Below, piece after piece: positions 37,094 to 44,455 of a DNA stretch of 44,455 nt. The notes under the pieces were generated by a model. That model was given only the letters and a program-made list of their open reading frames with translations. It made no database searches and was not told the DNA's origin. The DNA comes from Paracoccaceae bacterium. GTDB taxonomy: Bacteria > Pseudomonadota > Alphaproteobacteria > Rhodobacterales > Rhodobacteraceae. The DNA lies in contig JBKHDP010000001.1 of NCBI GenBank assembly GCA_046541255.1, forward strand, positions 1 through 44,455. The letters are read 5' to 3'. A program made the translations under genes and the position numbers. How positions within the stretch are numbered: the first letter of the stretch is position 1; each line of letters starts with the position of its first letter.

Positions 37094-37281
37094 TGGTTTC
37101 CCTTCCCTTCATCCGGATCGCTCCCTCCCGCATCACGGTCCTGCGCCCGAAGCTTTTCCAGAAGTGTCACCAATCGGTCGGGGAGTTCCTCGGAGGCCAT
37201 TTCGTCGTAGATGCGGCGCAGGTTGGCGTCGATCAGCGCGTCCCGATCGCCGCTGGACTTTTGTTGCACCATAAGGTTCAT
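37090..37281 (-). CDS. nepR: NepR anti-sigma factor
   Basis: IDANLRRIYDEMASEELPDRLVTLLEKL motif; overlaps the ecfG start; start uncertain (37317, 37281 or 37272). Confidence 0.88.
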   Translation of the reverse strand: MNLMVQQKSSGDRDALIDANLRRIYDEMASEELPDRLVTLLEKLRAQDRDAGGSDPDEGKGNQ

Positions 37282-37374
37282 TCCAGATCCGTTCCAGTTA
37301 TCCGGGCATACTGGCATGGCACGGTCGGCATGTCACCGCCGCGGCAGTATCGGCCCGGTCTTGGTCTCTTGTCT

Positions 37375-37407
37375 GGAACCGAACGCGATCCCGTTGCGTT
37401 GGGTTCC
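37375..37407. promoter_or_regulatory. overlapping divergent EcfG promoters for phyR and nepR-ecfG
   Basis: Plus strand GGAAC(37375-79)-N17-CGTT(37397-400); minus strand GGAAC(37407-03)-N17-CGTT(37385-82). Confidence 0.85.
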
Positions 37408-37439
37408 CAGACGAGAGACAAAAAAATCGGGATGATTGC

Positions 37440-38255
37440 ATGACGGAAAAGCATTCGCAGGCCAGCCGGGCCGACCAGATCGGAGCCGAACTGCCCTATC
37501 TGCGCCGCTACGCGCGCGCGCTCACAGGAAGCCAGTCCAGCGGCGACCGCTATGCCGCCGCCACGCTGGAAGCCATCCTGGAAGATCCCGGTCTGTTCGA
37601 TGAAAGCCTGTCTCCCAAGGCCGCGCTGTTCCGCGCCTTTCATTCGATCTGGCACAGCGCAGGCGCCCCGATGGCCGACGAAGACGAATCTGGGCTGGCC
37701 GCCCGGGCCCAGAACCATCTTTCCGCGCTTACCGAGAACACGCGGGAGGCGCTGCTCCTGTCGACGCTCGAGGAATTCCCGATTTCCGAGGTGGCGCAGA
37801 TCATGCAACTGGAGCCTTCGGAGGCCGCCGACCTTGTGCGCATCGCATATGAAGAAATGGCCCAGAGCGTTGCCGGCAAGGTGCTGGTGATCGAGGACGA
37901 GGCGATCATCGCGATGGATCTCGAGGCGCAACTGGCCGATCTGGGCCATCGGGTCACCGGCGTTGCGCGCACCCGCGACGGTGCGGTGCAGCTTGCAATG
38001 GCAGACCCTCCCGATCTCATCCTCGCGGATATCCAGCTGGCAGACATGTCCTCGGGCATCGACGCGGTCAACGACATCCTCGCCCGTCTCGGCCCCCGGC
38101 CGGTGATCTTCGTGACCGCGTTTCCCGAACGCCTGCTCACCGGCGAACGGCCTGAACCGGCCTTCCTGATCTCCAAGCCCTATTCCGAGCCGCAGTTGCG
38201 CTCCTGCGTCAGCCAGGCGATGTTCTTCGCCTCGACCGAAGCTCTCAGGGTCTGA
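37440..38255 (+). CDS. phyR: PhyR anti-anti-sigma response regulator
   Basis: Sigma-like LPYLRRYARALTGSQSSGD plus receiver VLVIEDE..ILADIQLAD.SSGID..TAFPERLLTGERPEPAFLISKP. Confidence 0.96.
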   Translation: MTEKHSQASRADQIGAELPYLRRYARALTGSQSSGDRYAAATLEAILEDPGLFDESLSPKAALFRAFHSIWHSAGAPMADEDESGLAARAQNHLSALTENTREALLLSTLEEFPISEVAQIMQLEPSEAADLVRIAYEEMAQSVAGKVLVIEDEAIIAMDLEAQLADLGHRVTGVARTRDGAVQLAMADPPDLILADIQLADMSSGIDAVNDILARLGPRPVIFVTAFPERLLTGERPEPAFLISKPYSEPQLRSCVSQAMFFASTEALRV

Positions 38256-38283
38256 GCGACAGGGGGATTCCGACGCGGCAGCC

Positions 38284-38309
38284 GGAACCCTCCGGCATGC
38301 CAGGGCGTT
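38284..38309 (+). promoter_or_regulatory. EcfG-type promoter of the DUF883 operon
   Basis: GGAAC-N17-CGTT, upstream of RBS AAGGAG and ATG 38347. Confidence 0.85.
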
Positions 38310-38346
38310 GACGATCGGACCTGAACGAAGCGGAAGGAGAGAACAC

Positions 38347-38670
38347 ATGGCCACCGAGACCCGCAGTTCCGACGGGCCGGACACCGCAGAACTGTCCAGG
38401 CAGATCGAGACGCTCAAGAAAGACATGGGCGCCCTGACCCAGACGCTGGGCGAGATTGCGCGCGATCGGCGCGACGAGCTGTCCTCCGAGGCGCGCCAGC
38501 GGCTGGACAAGGCCATGCATGACGCCGAGGCACAGGCACGTGCGGCCGGTGCGCGCGCCGCTCGGCTGGGCGAGGATGCCCATGACATGGTCGCCCGCCA
38601 ACCGGGTACCGCGCTGGCCATCGCTGCGGGGCTCGGCTTTCTCGTGGGGTTTCTGGGCGCCCGTCGCTGA
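38347..38670 (+). CDS. DUF883 / ElaB-YqjD family tail-anchored protein
   Basis: Helical N-terminus (LSRQIETLKKDMGAL) and C-terminal QPGTALAIAAGLGFLVG. Confidence 0.85.
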   Translation: MATETRSSDGPDTAELSRQIETLKKDMGALTQTLGEIARDRRDELSSEARQRLDKAMHDAEAQARAAGARAARLGEDAHDMVARQPGTALAIAAGLGFLVGFLGARR

Positions 38671-38671
38671 G

Positions 38672-39004
38672 ATGCTGGAACGCATCGAACGCGAGGCGGC
38701 GCGGGCGGCGCGCCGCACCGCACTGGGCGCCGGGGCATTGATCGCGCTGCTCTCCGGAGCGGCCTTTCTGACCTTGGCCGCCTGGATCGCATTGGTGCGA
38801 ACGATCGGGCCGCTACAGGCGGCGCTGGTGATCGGGCTGGCCCATGCCGGGCTCGGGCTGGTGCTGGCCGGTCTGGCAGGGTCGGGACGTCCGCGCCAAA
38901 CCACGCAGCCCAGACCGCACACCAGCGATTTCCCGCCCCTGACAGAGGCCTTTCTGGCCGGGCTGGAAACCGGTCGTCGCGCGCGCCCCGATCGTCGGCG
39001 CTGA
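38672..39004 (+). CDS. YqjE/phage-holin-superfamily-like membrane protein
   Basis: Two TM (ALIALLSGAAFLTLAAWIAL; AALVIGLAHAGLGLVL), ends AFLAGLE.G; follows DUF883. Confidence 0.72.
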   Translation: MLERIEREAARAARRTALGAGALIALLSGAAFLTLAAWIALVRTIGPLQAALVIGLAHAGLGLVLAGLAGSGRPRQTTQPRPHTSDFPPLTEAFLAGLETGRRARPDRRR

Positions 39005-39196
39005 TCAGCCCGGGCGCGACGCCGCGCGCGGGCCGGCCAGCAGCCAGATGATGAAGCCCAGAAGCGGCAGCAGCAGCACGAGCAGCACCCAGCCGACCTT
39101 GGCGCCTATGCCGGCGCGCGAACCCACGATAGAGACGATCGCCCAGATATCGAGCACGAGCAGGATCAGACCACCGATCCCCGTGATTTCCACCAT
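39005..39196 (-). CDS. PLDc N-terminal domain small membrane protein
   Basis: LILLVLDIWAIVSI..KVGWVLLVLLLPLLGFIIWLLAGPR. Confidence 0.85.
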   Translation of the reverse strand: MVEITGIGGLILLVLDIWAIVSIVGSRAGIGAKVGWVLLVLLLPLLGFIIWLLAGPRAASRPG

Positions 39197-39307
39197 TGCA
39201 GGCCTCCCCGTTCGGATTCTGCCCAGCCTGCCACGGCAAGAGGGCGAAGAAAACCGCTTGCGAAGCGCGGCCCGACGGAACGCCGAAGACTACCGGAAAG
39301 GACCGAC

Positions 39308-39979
39308 ATGACCCATCGACTGACATTGCAACAGATCGAACCCGTCACACATGACGTCAACCGCCTCGTCTTCGACCGCCCCGACGGATACGATTTCACC
39401 CCGGGCCAGGCCACGCTCATGCGACTGGACCGCGATGGCTGGCGCGACGAGGAGCGCCCCTTCACCTTCACCAATCTGCCCGGCGACGACCGGCTGGAAT
39501 TCGTCATCAAGTCCTACCCGTCGCATGACGGCGTCACCAAGCGGATCGGCGAACTGCAACCGGGGGACCAGGTGCTGATCGGCGATCCCTGGGGGGCGAT
39601 CGAGGATCGCGGGCCCGGCTGCTTCATCGCGGGCGGCGCCGGGATCACGCCCTTCATCGCGATTCTGCGCGCCCGGGCCGCGCGCGAAGGCGATCTGGGC
39701 GGATCCACGCTGATCTTCTCCAACAAGGCCGAGCGCGACATCATCCTGCGCCAGGAATGGCAGGCGCTTCCGGGGCTCAACACCATCTTCACGGTCACCG
39801 ACGAGGTAAGCGACGCGCTGCCGCATCGCCGGGTGGATGGCGCCTTTCTGGACGAGGTGGTGGGAGACTGGACCCAACCCTTCTATGTCTGCGGCCCGCC
39901 GCCGATGGTGGAAGACCTGTCCGCCGCGCTGGAGAAACGCGGCATAAGCGGGCGCCAGCTCATAACCGAAGAGGCGTGA
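39308..39979 (+). CDS. FAD/NAD(P)-binding ferredoxin/flavodoxin reductase-like protein
   Basis: FTPGQA, RPFT, GVT, FIAGGAGITPF, FYVCGPPPMV. Confidence 0.9.
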   Translation: MTHRLTLQQIEPVTHDVNRLVFDRPDGYDFTPGQATLMRLDRDGWRDEERPFTFTNLPGDDRLEFVIKSYPSHDGVTKRIGELQPGDQVLIGDPWGAIEDRGPGCFIAGGAGITPFIAILRARAAREGDLGGSTLIFSNKAERDIILRQEWQALPGLNTIFTVTDEVSDALPHRRVDGAFLDEVVGDWTQPFYVCGPPPMVEDLSAALEKRGISGRQLITEEA

Positions 39980-39993
39980 GTCCGCCGAGCCGG

Positions 39994-40021
39994 TTGCCGG
40001 GCCACGGGCCTGCCCCTATCT
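39994..40021 (+). promoter_or_regulatory. possible RpoH-type promoter of the exoD-family gene
   Basis: TTG-N18-CCTATCT resembles the alphaproteobacterial RpoH consensus; short motif, weak support. Confidence 0.35.
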
Positions 40022-40071
40022 TCCGCGGGTGGCGGCGCATCCCGCGCCGGCCCGTAGGATTGTGCGGGGAG

Positions 40072-40686
40072 ATGGCCGACCAGAACCAGGATCTCGACGC
40101 CTCCGGCGCTCCGGCCACAATCGGCGACGTGCTGGAACGGCTCGACAGGCTGACGGACCTGTCCCACGTCACCCTGCGCGACGTTCAGGAAAGCTTCGGC
40201 CGGGCCTCCTTCGTGCCGGCGCTCATGATCCCTTCGCTGTTGGTTGTGTCGCCGCTCTCGGGTATCCCGTTCTTCTCGACGATCTGCGGCCTGATGATCT
40301 TCTTCGTCACCGCCCAGATGCTGGCCCGGCGCGAGCATGTCTGGCTGCCGGAGCTGCTGCTGTCCCGCAGCGTCAGCGGGCCCCGTCTGCACAATGCCTT
40401 GCAACGGATCCGGCGGCTGGGCGGCTGGATCGACCGCAACAGTTCCGAACGCCTGCGATTCCTGATGCTGCCGCCGATGGTGGTGCTGTTCTACCTGCTC
40501 TGCCTGGTGGCGGGCGGCATGATGCCTTTCCTGGAACTGGTGCCCTTCTCGTCCTCGATCCTTGGCCTCTCGGTGCTGCTGATGGCCGCGGGCTTCCTGA
40601 CCCGCGACGGCCTGCTCGCCCTGGCGGGCGCGGCGGTCTTCATGCTGGCGCCGGCGATCCCGCTGGCGGTGCTGGCCTCGGTCTGA
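40072..40686 (+). CDS. ExoD-family exopolysaccharide biosynthesis membrane protein
   Basis: FGRASF.PAL..SPLSGIP..QML..REHVWLP, MPFLELVPF, LTRDGL. Confidence 0.85.
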   Translation: MADQNQDLDASGAPATIGDVLERLDRLTDLSHVTLRDVQESFGRASFVPALMIPSLLVVSPLSGIPFFSTICGLMIFFVTAQMLARREHVWLPELLLSRSVSGPRLHNALQRIRRLGGWIDRNSSERLRFLMLPPMVVLFYLLCLVAGGMMPFLELVPFSSSILGLSVLLMAAGFLTRDGLLALAGAAVFMLAPAIPLAVLASV

Positions 40687-40693
40687 CCCCGGA

Positions 40694-41584
40694 TCAGACC
40701 CATTTCGCCAGCGGCGGAAGACTCATCAGCACAGCATTGGCATCGTGGCCGGTGGCCAGCCCGAACTTGGTCCCCCGGTCGTAGACCAGGTTGTATTCGG
40801 CATAGAGCCCGCGATGAACAAGCTGCGCCTCCCTGTCGGCCGCGCTCCAGGGGGTTTCGCGGCGCCGTTCGACCAGCGGCAGGTAGGCCGGCAGAAAGGC
40901 CCGGCCGATATCCCGGGTCAGCGCGAAATCCGCCGCCCAGTCGCCGCTGTTGCGATCATCCATGAAGATGCCGCCCACGCCACGGGCCCGGTGCCGGTGC
41001 GGGATGTAGAAATACTCGTCCGCCCAGGCCTTGAGAGCCGGGTAGAGATCGGCCCCGTGCGGATCCAGATGCGCCTTCTGCGTCATGTGGAAATGCGCGG
41101 TATCGTCATCATATTCGATGCACGGGTTCAGATCCGAGCCGCCGCCGAACCACCACGCCCCCGGCGTCCAGAACATCCGCGTGTTCATGTGCACCGCGGG
41201 CACATGCGGGTTCTGCATATGCGCCACCAGGCTGATGCCGGAGGCCCAGAACCGCGGGTCGCTGTCCATCCCCGGCACGCCGCGCGCCGCCATCGCCTTC
41301 TGTGCCGCCTCCCCCAGCGTGCCGTAGACGGTGGAGACGTTCACCCCGACCTTCTCGAAGACGCGACCGCCGCGCATCACGCTCATCAGCCCGCCGCCGG
41401 CCTCCGAGCCGTCGTCGGAGGCGCGCCGGGTCTCGGTCACCTCGAAGCGCCCCGGCGCCCGATCCGACAATGGCCCTTCCGCCTGCGCATCTTCCAGCCC
41501 CTCGAAGGCCGTCACGATCTCGTCGCGCAGCTGGCGGAACCAGGCGCTGGCGCGGGATTTCTCTTGCTCCATCAGGTCGGTCAT
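40694..41584 (-). CDS. hemF: oxygen-dependent coproporphyrinogen III oxidase
   Basis: GRVFEKVGVNVS, HMQNPHVPAVHMNTR, WWFGGGSDLNP, RGVGGIF, RGLYAEYNLVYDRGTKFGL. Confidence 0.96.
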   Translation of the reverse strand: MTDLMEQEKSRASAWFRQLRDEIVTAFEGLEDAQAEGPLSDRAPGRFEVTETRRASDDGSEAGGGLMSVMRGGRVFEKVGVNVSTVYGTLGEAAQKAMAARGVPGMDSDPRFWASGISLVAHMQNPHVPAVHMNTRMFWTPGAWWFGGGSDLNPCIEYDDDTAHFHMTQKAHLDPHGADLYPALKAWADEYFYIPHRHRARGVGGIFMDDRNSGDWAADFALTRDIGRAFLPAYLPLVERRRETPWSAADREAQLVHRGLYAEYNLVYDRGTKFGLATGHDANAVLMSLPPLAKWV

Positions 41585-41686
41585 CGCGGCGCATCCTCCG
41601 TATCCGGCCAAAGTGGTAGCCGCAATCGCCGCGCTTGACCAGAAGCCGCGATTGCGGCGCGGCACAAGCGACGCTAGGCTGCTTTC

Positions 41687-42064
41687 ATGACACGCCCGCT
41701 CCTGCTCCTGCTTGCCCTGGTCACGCTCTCCGCCTGTTCCGCGCGTGACCTGTGTATCTCGCGGGCGACCCAGGATCTGCGCGTGATGGAGGGCCTGATC
41801 GCCGAGACGCGCGCCACCATCGCGCGCGGTTATGCCATCGAGGAACGCACCGTTCCGGCCGAGGAACTGCGCATCTGCCACGACTCGGAGGGCAAGGAAC
41901 GGCCCTGCTGGGTCACAGTGCCGCGACTGGAACGCAAACCCGTTTCCGTGGATCTGGCGGCGGAACGGCGCAAGCTCGACTCGATGCGGGCCAAGCGCGA
42001 CGCGCTCGCCCGAGAGGCCGAGGCCGCGATGCGCGCCTGCCGCGCCGCCTATCCCGAGAGCTGA
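41687..42064 (+). CDS. hypothetical lipoprotein
   Basis: Lipobox LSAC, IARGYAIEE motif, Cys pairs, C-terminal coiled coil. Confidence 0.8.
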   Translation: MTRPLLLLLALVTLSACSARDLCISRATQDLRVMEGLIAETRATIARGYAIEERTVPAEELRICHDSEGKERPCWVTVPRLERKPVSVDLAAERRKLDSMRAKRDALAREAEAAMRACRAAYPES

Positions 42065-42068
42065 TCCC

Positions 42069-42150
42069 GACCTTCTTCTTGGCTCAAATATCCATTGCGG
42101 CCGAAGGCCGCCAGGAAACGGCGTCGCGCGCAGCGCGGCCTTTTCCGAAC
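42069..42150 (+). repeat. intergenic REP-like element, copy 2
   Basis: GACCTTCTTCTTGGCTCAAATATCC plus hairpin GCGGCC-GAA-GGCCGC; related to 25164-25260. Confidence 0.7.
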
Positions 42151-42158
42151 GACGGCCC

Positions 42159-42959
42159 TCAATGCGCCGGGGCGGCCACCGGGTCCAGCAGGGTGCGCCC
42201 GCCATCCACCGTCATGATCTGCCCGGTGACAAATCCCGCCCCTTCCGAAGCCAGGAACTGTACCGCCTCGGCCAGTTCGCCCGGCGCGGCGATACGCGCC
42301 AGCGGGGTGTGATCCTCGATATCCTCGCGGTAATCCGCATTCTGCTGCAGCGCGCCCTGCAGGCTTGCGGACATCACCGAGCCGAAGGCCACCGCGTTCA
42401 CCCTGATCCGGTGCGGCGCCAGCGCCACCGCCAGCGAGCGGGTCATCTGGTCCAGGGCCGCGGTGGAAACCGAATAGCCCAGCAGGTCGGGATGCGTGCG
42501 CCGCGCCGCGATCGAGGACAGGTTGACGATGGCGCCCACCTGGCCCTCGGTCTGGCCCTCCGCCTGCTTGATCATCCGCCGCGCCACGCATTGGCTGAGC
42601 CGCAGCGAGATCATCAGGTTCTGTTCCAGCAGTTGCTCGACCGAGCTGTCCTCCGGGTCCAGCGGGTCCGACGGCAGCAGCTGACGACAGCCATTCACCA
42701 GGATATCCACCCGGTCGAAACTGTCGATCGTGGCCGACAGCAGGTTCGCCACGGTCAGGCGTTCGCGCAGGTCGCCGGCGAAATAGCGGATATTGCCGTC
42801 ATCGGCGGCATCCCCCAGTTCATGCGCCAGCCGCGCCTCGTCCATGTCGGCGAACATCACGTTGGCGCCGCGATCGGCGAAATGCCGGCCGATGGCCAGC
42901 CCGATCCCGTTGGCCGCACCGGTGACGATGGCGGTCTTGCCTTCGATGGAAAAGGACAT
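42159..42959 (-). CDS. short-chain dehydrogenase/reductase
   Basis: TGAANGIG, VNLSSI, IRVNAVAFGSV, VTGQIMTVDGG; catalytic motif reads YSVST rather than YxxxK. Confidence 0.88.
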   Translation of the reverse strand: MSFSIEGKTAIVTGAANGIGLAIGRHFADRGANVMFADMDEARLAHELGDAADDGNIRYFAGDLRERLTVANLLSATIDSFDRVDILVNGCRQLLPSDPLDPEDSSVEQLLEQNLMISLRLSQCVARRMIKQAEGQTEGQVGAIVNLSSIAARRTHPDLLGYSVSTAALDQMTRSLAVALAPHRIRVNAVAFGSVMSASLQGALQQNADYREDIEDHTPLARIAAPGELAEAVQFLASEGAGFVTGQIMTVDGGRTLLDPVAAPAH

Positions 42960-42980
42960 CTGCGCTCTCCTGGGATGGGG

Positions 42981-43979
42981 TCAGCGGGGGGCGCGATTCC
43001 GGACGCGCGCTTCCAGCAGCTTGAACCGGGCATCGCCGCCGATCTCGCGAATGCCGGTGAAATGACGGTCGAGTTCCGCCTCGTAGGGCAAATGCCGGTT
43101 CGCGACAAGCCAGAGCGTGCCGCCGGGCCGCAGCACCGCAGCGGCCTGTGCAATGAAGGCGCGGCCCAGCCCGGGGTCTGCGGCGCGGCCGGAATGGAAG
43201 GGCGGGTTCATCACCACCGCGTCGAGCGCCGCATCGGGGCGCCAGCGCGTGGCATCGGCCCAGTGGAACCGGGCGCGCGGGTCGGTCACGTTCTCGCGGG
43301 CGCAATCCAGCGCGACGCGGTCGGCCTCCACCAGATCCAGCCGGGTGAGTTTCGGACAGCGCGCCAGCAGGCGTGCCGCAAGGTAGCCCCAACCCGCTCC
43401 CAGATCGGCCACCTGGCCGGAAAGGCCCTTCGGCACCGTCTCGGCCAGCAGACGCGAGCCCGGATCGATCCCGTCGGCCGAGAACACGCCCGGCGCGGTG
43501 ACGAAACCCTCTGCGATTCGCAGCCGGTCCGGGGCGCGCCAGCCGAGCAATGTCGTATCGGCGGCGAACCAGTAGATCTTGCCATGCGCCTTGGAAATCG
43601 GCCCCTCCACCTGCACCAGCCGGCGCAGGTCGCGCAGGATCGAATCGGCGCCATCGGTCTTCTGCCCATCCACCACCACGGGTCCGCCCGGCGTCACCGC
43701 CGCTTCGGCACGGGCCAGCAGGTCGCGCGCCAGGGTCTTGGCGCGCGGCAGGAACACCACCGCCGCAGCGGCGGGCGCGTCCAGCGACGACGTGCAGGCA
43801 TAGCCCGCCGCGGCGAAAGCATCGTGATCGGGCTTCAGAGGGGTGACGACGCGCACACGGTCGCGCGGCAGCGCCGAGAGATCCATCCCGGCGCGCGGCA
43901 TGAGCACCGCGATCGGACCATCGCCGGGAAGTTCCAGCCCTCCGCCGTCAAGCGCCAGGCTCAGTCGCGGAAGGGACAT
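42981..43979 (-). CDS. class I SAM-dependent methyltransferase (RsmC/MTS-like)
   Basis: PGVFSADGIDPGS, DLGAGWG, NPPFH, LWLVANRHLPYE. Confidence 0.88.
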   Translation of the reverse strand: MSLPRLSLALDGGGLELPGDGPIAVLMPRAGMDLSALPRDRVRVVTPLKPDHDAFAAAGYACTSSLDAPAAAAVVFLPRAKTLARDLLARAEAAVTPGGPVVVDGQKTDGADSILRDLRRLVQVEGPISKAHGKIYWFAADTTLLGWRAPDRLRIAEGFVTAPGVFSADGIDPGSRLLAETVPKGLSGQVADLGAGWGYLAARLLARCPKLTRLDLVEADRVALDCARENVTDPRARFHWADATRWRPDAALDAVVMNPPFHSGRAADPGLGRAFIAQAAAVLRPGGTLWLVANRHLPYEAELDRHFTGIREIGGDARFKLLEARVRNRAPR

Positions 43980-43988
43980 GGAGCCCGC

Positions 43989-44324
43989 CTATTCCTTTTC
44001 CATCGTACATTGCAGCGGATGCTGGTGACGACGGGCGAAATCCATCACCTGCGCGACCTTTGTCTCGGCGATCTCGTGGCTGAACACGCCGACCACCGCG
44101 ACCCCCTTCTTGTGCACCGTGAGCATGATCTCGAAAGCCTGGGCATGGGTCATGCCGAAGAACCGTTCGAGCACGTGAACCACGAATTCCATCGGAGTGT
44201 AGTCGTCGTTCAGCAGCAGCACCTTGTAGAGCGGCGGCCGCTTGGTGCGCGGCTTGGTTTCGACCACCACATTGGCGTCGGGCGCATCGTCCTGGGGACG
44301 GTTCGACAGGGTCCAGCGGGTCAT
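43989..44324 (-). CDS. clpS: ATP-dependent Clp protease adaptor
   Basis: [42 protein letters not shown]; RBS AGGAG before ATG 44324. Confidence 0.97.
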   Translation of the reverse strand: MTRWTLSNRPQDDAPDANVVVETKPRTKRPPLYKVLLLNDDYTPMEFVVHVLERFFGMTHAQAFEIMLTVHKKGVAVVGVFSHEIAETKVAQVMDFARRHQHPLQCTMEKE

Positions 44325-44455
44325 TCCGCTCCTGCAGATCGGATGGTTTGCGTTTCGGGTCATCAGCCCGGATATATAACTTCTCGGGGCCGCGAGAAAA
44401 GAGGGGCCTGAACGGCGTGGCGGAAAAGCCGCTCCTGATCGCCGGCGCGTGGCCG

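Noticed and set aside
33357-39004. prophage lysis cassette (holin-like gene plus transglycosylase)
   Set aside because: No phage structural or integrase genes; the holin-like gene is the usual DUF883 partner under an EcfG promoter; the genes are not adjacent.
43989-44324. clpS without an adjacent clpA
   Set aside because: As I recall, separation of clpS and clpA is ordinary in Rhodobacterales; nothing here suggests a deletion.
44417-44455. possible start of a plus-strand gene at the window edge ([13 protein letters not shown])
   Set aside because: Only 13 codons are visible; it cannot be supported.

Overview
High-GC chromosomal segment with gene content typical of Rhodobacterales/Roseobacteraceae (Alphaproteobacteria); taxonomy is inferred from gene content. 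About 50 genes: alkB 3' end; a RES-Xre toxin-antitoxin pair; DUF2125 and chaC; a MotA/ExbB-like plus giant MotB/OmpA-like pair; a 4-gene surface-glycan modification cassette (GtrA flippase, UbiA-type polyprenyl-P phosphoribosyltransferase, acyltransferase_3/GT-C-like fusion, divergent HAD phosphatase); a membrane-anchored winged-helix regulator flanked by two exported Cys-containing proteins, with a perfect palindrome in the divergent promoter; rnhB-ccrM; a Dpp/Opp-type ABC transporter with ALDH, SDR, P1 peptidase and alpha/beta hydrolase; def-def-def-fmt; patB; a Xi-class GST; an Osp-like receiver protein; a lytic transglycosylase; a complete general stress response locus (nepR-ecfG-HisKA_2 kinase, phyR, csbD, DUF883, holin-like) with four EcfG promoters; hemF; clpS. 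No tRNA, rRNA, CRISPR, IS or prophage was seen. Best candidates for undescribed biology: the predicted lipid-linked ribofuranosylation cassette with a fused O-acyltransferase (6993-11848), the transmembrane regulator module (11896-13582) and the MotAB-like motor with a ~685-aa periplasmic coiled coil (3090-6953). All calls rest on visual motif recognition; no database searches were run.
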